From contig CAKKNE010000001.1 in assembly GCA_918797485.1 (NCBI GenBank), positions 2,976,001-3,040,000 of the forward strand: 64,000 nt of DNA, written 5' to 3'. The DNA comes from Pelagomonas calceolata. Taxonomy: Eukaryota. A program made the position numbers and the translations under genes. The notes under the pieces are model-generated. The model was not told the DNA's origin. It saw nothing but the letters and a program-made list of their open reading frames with translations, and made no database searches. This document shows, one piece after another, positions 59,431 through 64,000 of this stretch (position 1 is its first letter; every line of letters starts with the position of its first letter).

Positions 59431-62400
59431 ATGGCCCTCCAGGCGCGGCACCGCTACGTCGTGGCGCGATTGAACGAGGCCTTCGAGGTGAACGACGAGG
59501 AGGCCGTCGAAGCGCTCGTCAGAAGAGATTCGTTCCTGCAGAAGCTCAACAACTTCTTCGGGAGCCGCGGGCCGGAGCGCGTCTTCTTCTTCTTCGAGCG
59601 GGGCGACTTTGATAAGCCCGGCAACGCGCCTTTACATAATAAAAACATGGTCCACGACGACCGCATCGCGTTGTACTATTCTGATGGAAGTGATTTGACG
59701 GAGCTGCCCGAGAGTTGTCTGCAAGGGACGTGTGCGTATTTCATGAAAAAAGCGACGGGCAAGGAGGGCCGTACTTTGGCCTTGGACCCCTTGAAGGCTC
59801 GCGACGGGTCCATGGTCTTCGGTACGGTCCGAGACCCCATGCGTTCCCTCGAAGCGTACTTGTCTTCGCTCTATCAACCGATGCTAAAAACCTCAAATAA
59901 AATAGTGTGGGGCGCCGCGTCGGATGCGCACCGGACGGAGTTTACGGTGTCCGTCGATTCGTTCTCGAAGAACGTTCGCGAGAACGTGAGATCTCTCGGA
60001 GGTGGATTAGAATTGCGGCAGCCGTCCGGCGCTCTCTATGAGTTAGATGATCCGCAACAACAAGCAAGTGATCCGCGCATCGCCCAAGCTCATTTAGAGT
60101 TGCTAGAGGAGTGGTGCACGTCCATCGAAGGCTATTTGGGGGATACGGACAGAAGTAAATGGGAGACCCCCGACAGCGGCCCCGACAGTGAGTTAGAGTA
60201 TTGGAGAAGACGCATGCAACGTTTAACCTCAATCACGGACCAGCTCAAGACGAAGCGCTGCAAGCAAGTCATCGTATTACTCACAGCGGTCACGAAACAA
60301 CCTGAGGACGAGATGGCCGCGCCGCGGAATAAGGTCCTGGCGCTCATGAGACGGTGGCGCCAGATCGACGTCTGCATCACGAAAGCCGCGAACGAAGCGA
60401 AAGACAACTCCAAGTTTTTGTCGACGTTGGAACGGTTCCTGGAGCCCCTGAGGAGCGGCACGCCGACGCAAATTATCGATTCCATACCGGCCCTCATGAA
60501 CGCCCTCAAGATGGTCCACACCATTAGTAGGTTCTTCAACACTTCCGAGCGCATGACGAAGCTCTTCATGAAGATCACGAACGCCATGATCAGGAGCTGT
60601 CGCCTCGCGATCAACGGCACGGACACGTCCGCGAAGATGTGGGAGAAGCCCGTCGGACCTTTGTTGGACATGCTCGAGACGTGTCTGCGGATGAACGAGT
60701 TCTACCAGGAGCAGTACAAACTGACCAAGGACAAGCTCGCGCAGATGCCGACCGGGAGGCAGTTCGACTTTGCGGAAGCGCAGCTGTTCGGGAAGTTCGA
60801 CCTGTTCTGTCGGCGGCTGATCAAGCTCATTGACGTGTTTTCTACTATACAACAGTTCCGAGCGTTGGTGGAGCACAAATTGGAAGGGATGGAGCCTTTA
60901 TTACTAGTGTTCGATCAAATTATCGACCAATTTAAGGAGAAGAAGCACGACCTGCTGGACTACAACACGAACAAGTTCGATCGCGACTTCGTGGAGTTTA
61001 ATGTGAGAGTCGGGGAGCTGGAGACGTCGCTGCAGCACTTCATCAACCGGTCCTTTGAAAGTATATCTTCTATTGAGGCGTCGCTGCAGTTGCTGAAGAA
61101 GTACCAGCAGATCTTGCACCGAGAGACTCTCAGAGCTGATTTGGATGCCAAGTTCATGATCATCTTCCACAATTATGGGCTCGAGTTGGCGTCGGTGCAA
61201 GAGACGTACGAGAAGTGCAAGCACGCGCCGCCCGCCGCTAGAAACTTGCCACCGGTGGCCGGAAACATCACCTGGGCCCGCCATTTGTTGAGGAGGATCG
61301 AGGAGCCCATGAAGCGCTTCCAGTCGAACAAGGCCGTGCTCGGTAGCTCGAGGGAGGCGAAGAGAATAGTCAAGGCGTACAACAAGGTCGCGCGCACGCT
61401 CGTCGCTTTTGAATACTTGTGGTACGAGGCCTGGTGCAAGTCCGTCGACGCGGCGAAGGCTGGCCTACGAGCGACGCTGATCATACGACACCCGCAACAT
61501 AATACGTTACATGTCAATTTCGACGCGCAAGTGCTGCAGCTCATACGGGAGGCGAAATGCTTGCAGAGGATGTCTGTCGAGATCCCGGAAGGCGCGCGCA
61601 CCGTCCAGTCCCAAGAGCAGCGCTTCAAGGGCTATTACGACGAGCTACGGTCGTGTCTGTCGGATTTTGACAGAATAACATCAACGATCTCGCCGACCAC
61701 GTTGAAAGCTTTGGGCCCCCACGTCGCGACCGTCGAAGCGGCGTTACGACCAGGCATGGTCGCATTGACGTGGACGTCGATGAACCTCGGGTCGTACGCC
61801 TCAAAAGTACGAGCAGCATTAAACCAGCTCGAACATTTAGTGGGCACGATTAATGATCTGGTCGAAAACCGCATCGAGAAGAACCTCAAAGTTATTTCCC
61901 GCATCTTGTTAGTTGATCTACCCACAGATAGGTCAGTGACGCTCGACGAGTTCGTCTCGATGCAAGAATTAAAAGTGAGAACCGAATCTGAGATCTTAAT
62001 AGCCAAAAACTTAGAAGTAGAGACGGCCGTGGAAGATCTCATCTCGGAACTCGCGAGATACCCCCTATGTGACGACGATACCTTGGATACCGAAGCCATA
62101 AATTTGTTAAGAGTCCATTACAACAAGATGCTCTACACGGCGCTCTTGAACTGCGTCAAGAACTCGCTCAATAAGATGAAGGCGAGAGTCTGTGTAAGAG
62201 GTGGCGGCACGGGTTTTCTCTTCGTCCAGCGGCCGTTTTTTACGGTCGACGTCCAGCTCTCCGTGCCTTCGGTCAGGCTAGCGCCGTCGTTAGATGACGT
62301 CCAGCGGGCCATCAATAGGTCTGCGGTCGCCGTGTTGGGGTGTGCGAAGCGCGTCTTCAACTGGGGGCAGCTCGGCCTGCCGGACGAGCGGAAGTCAGCT

Positions 62401-64000
62401 TTTTTTGATCGTTTAGGTAGAGATACGGAGATCGTGAAGATCGCCCTCTTGTTGACGGGCGCTCTCCATGCGACAAAAAATCAAGTGCAAGATTGCCTAT
62501 CAGCGTTCAAGCAGTACGACTGGTTGTGGAAAGATGATAGAGATAAGCACTACTCGCGTTTTACGGCTCGGAACCCGAAGCTCGAGGACTTCGATAAGCA
62601 GTTGCAGTACTTCATGTCCGTCGAGGAAGCCATCACAAGGATCACGCCCATGACGAACATCGGCGCACTCACCTTGAACACGGCAAATTACAAGCTACAG
62701 TTGCGGAACGAGTCGCGCCAGTGGAAACAAATATATTCTACTAAAATACATCATATGGCTAGAGATGCGTTACGCGGCTTGTTAGACTACATAAGAACAA
62801 CATCAACAAAGCTCCACACGGAGGTCACGGATTTGGACACTTTGAGATATGTGATGACCGTGCTCAAAGACGTGAGGGAGAAGGAGTCGTCGATAGAGAT
62901 GGAAATAGCACCCATCTTCGACATGTACGCCATGCTGGACCACTACCTGCCCGGTGGGCTCGTGGATCAGGACGAGATGGACCAAAAGAGTGTGCTGCGG
63001 CCGTCGTGGCACAAGCTCGCCGACTTAGCTGAAGATGTGGCCGACGAGCTCGGCAAGATCCAAGGGCATTATAAAAAGAAATTAGTTTTGGATGTGCGCG
63101 AGTTCAAGCAGGACTGTAGTGATTTTAGAAGTGATTTCGAGCGTAATGGCCCTGGGGCGCCCGGGTGCTCGCCCGAGGAGGCCGTGGAGCGGTTGAAGCG
63201 TTATAAAAATGAATTGGACGTGCGCGAACGGAAGATGGACATGTACATTGCGGGCGAGGAGCTCTTCGCGCTACGCACGTCGAAGTACCCGGAGATGGCG
63301 CGCACGCGGAAGGAGGTCGGTTTGTTGGACCAGCTCTACGGTTTGTACCTCGACGTCCTCCAGTCCGTCGAAGTCAACCAGTCGACGTTGTGGATTGATG
63401 TTCCGGGAAGATTACAGGAAATGACCGACGAGGCCAATCAATTTGACCTGCGATGCAAAAAAATGCCGAAACGGCTGCGCGAGTGGCGGGCCTACGAGGA
63501 TTTACGGGCGAAGCTCACGGACTTCCAGGACCTGCTACCTCTCATATCAGAGCTGGCCAAACCTTCGGTCAAACCTAGACACTGGAAGGAATTGTTTTCG
63601 CAGGGCGGTTTTACGCTCCCATATGACAAGGAGGCCTTCCAGCTCCAGGACATCTTCGAGTCGCCCATTCTTACATGGAGAGAGCAGGTCGAGGAGATCT
63701 GCGAGGGCGCCGACAAGCAGCTGGGCATCGAGACCAAACTCAATGAATCCCGAGAAACGTGGTCTCATACGACATTTACGTTCGGCCGGTGGAAGGGTCG
63801 GGACTGTCCCATCCTCCAGGCGTTTGGCCAGATCATCGATGATTTGGAAGAGGCCCAGATGAACATGCAGACCCTGCTGAGTATGCGCCACGTCGGGCCG
63901 TTTCGGGAGCCCGTGCAGGAGCAGCTCACGGCTCTCAGTGACACGGCGGACACGCTGGAGCTGTGGATCAAGGTCCAGCTGCTCTGGACGGCTTTGGAGA
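59431..64000 (+). CDS. Axonemal outer-arm dynein heavy chain (DNAH5/8, gamma-type), N-terminal part; runs off the window
   Basis: MALQARHRY...; GPDSELEYWRRRMQRLTSITDQL, ANEAKDNSKFLSTLE, FNTSERMTKLFMKITN, RNLPPVAGNITWARHL, VKPRHWKEL. Absent from the ORF track because no stop is reached. Confidence 0.9.
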   Translation, partial: MALQARHRYVVARLNEAFEVNDEEAVEALVRRDSFLQKLNNFFGSRGPERVFFFFERGDFDKPGNAPLHNKNMVHDDRIALYYSDGSDLTELPESCLQGTCAYFMKKATGKEGRTLALDPLKARDGSMVFGTVRDPMRSLEAYLSSLYQPMLKTSNKIVWGAASDAHRTEFTVSVDSFSKNVRENVRSLGGGLELRQPSGALYELDDPQQQASDPRIAQAHLELLEEWCTSIEGYLGDTDRSKWETPDSGPDSELEYWRRRMQRLTSITDQLKTKRCKQVIVLLTAVTKQPEDEMAAPRNKVLALMRRWRQIDVCITKAANEAKDNSKFLSTLERFLEPLRSGTPTQIIDSIPALMNALKMVHTISRFFNTSERMTKLFMKITNAMIRSCRLAINGTDTSAKMWEKPVGPLLDMLETCLRMNEFYQEQYKLTKDKLAQMPTGRQFDFAEAQLFGKFDLFCRRLIKLIDVFSTIQQFRALVEHKLEGMEPLLLVFDQIIDQFKEKKHDLLDYNTNKFDRDFVEFNVRVGELETSLQHFINRSFESISSIEASLQLLKKYQQILHRETLRADLDAKFMIIFHNYGLELASVQETYEKCKHAPPAARNLPPVAGNITWARHLLRRIEEPMKRFQSNKAVLGSSREAKRIVKAYNKVARTLVAFEYLWYEAWCKSVDAAKAGLRATLIIRHPQHNTLHVNFDAQVLQLIREAKCLQRMSVEIPEGARTVQSQEQRFKGYYDELRSCLSDFDRITSTISPTTLKALGPHVATVEAALRPGMVALTWTSMNLGSYASKVRAALNQLEHLVGTINDLVENRIEKNLKVISRILLVDLPTDRSVTLDEFVSMQELKVRTESEILIAKNLEVETAVEDLISELARYPLCDDDTLDTEAINLLRVHYNKMLYTALLNCVKNSLNKMKARVCVRGGGTGFLFVQRPFFTVDVQLSVPSVRLAPSLDDVQRAINRSAVAVLGCAKRVFNWGQLGLPDERKSAFFDRLGRDTEIVKIALLLTGALHATKNQVQDCLSAFKQYDWLWKDDRDKHYSRFTARNPKLEDFDKQLQYFMSVEEAITRITPMTNIGALTLNTANYKLQLRNESRQWKQIYSTKIHHMARDALRGLLDYIRTTSTKLHTEVTDLDTLRYVMTVLKDVREKESSIEMEIAPIFDMYAMLDHYLPGGLVDQDEMDQKSVLRPSWHKLADLAEDVADELGKIQGHYKKKLVLDVREFKQDCSDFRSDFERNGPGAPGCSPEEAVERLKRYKNELDVRERKMDMYIAGEELFALRTSKYPEMARTRKEVGLLDQLYGLYLDVLQSVEVNQSTLWIDVPGRLQEMTDEANQFDLRCKKMPKRLREWRAYEDLRAKLTDFQDLLPLISELAKPSVKPRHWKELFSQGGFTLPYDKEAFQLQDIFESPILTWREQVEEICEGADKQLGIETKLNESRETWSHTTFTFGRWKGRDCPILQAFGQIIDDLEEAQMNMQTLLSMRHVGPFREPVQEQLTALSDTADTLELWIKVQLLWTALE

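Noticed and set aside
59454..63971. Many short minus-strand ORFs suggesting a gene-poor or AT-richer foreign region
   Set aside because: They are antisense to one continuous dynein heavy chain frame missing from the track
1..64000. tRNA, rRNA, autonomous transposase/retroelement or viral genes
   Set aside because: None recognisable by eye; small ncRNAs cannot be excluded without covariance-model searches

Overview
Gene-dense, very GC-rich eukaryotic nuclear DNA, not prokaryotic. Bipartite signal-plus-transit plastid presequences (RbfA, PsaE) and short GC-AG introns flanked by direct repeats point to a photosynthetic stramenopile, most likely a pelagophyte (inference; species not determinable here). 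About 38 mostly intron-poor genes can be supported. These include a four-domain EEEE Ca2+ channel, ciliary genes (MKS1, TMEM138, STPG/SHIPPO repeat, outer-arm dynein heavy chain running off the end), a DDM1/HELLS remodeller, METTL4, Tim44, RNF10, TFIIE-beta, a nuclear PsaE and a small cluster of Golgi-type glycan-modifying genes. Most notable observations: (1) a Rad51/RecA-family protein carrying BRC-like FxxA, FxxP, RPA70N-like and RPA32-binding-like modules; (2) a 1710-aa ORC2 with nine W..L...GW...RPG repeats, a shugoshin-type motif and an AT-hook; (3) a recurrent CTAG-bounded ~24-bp element in most divergent promoters; (4) two different DUF-family genes sharing an inverted-duplicated promoter and signal anchor, with telomere-like repeats between them; (5) introner-like introns. 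All product calls come from motif recognition by eye; no database searches were run.
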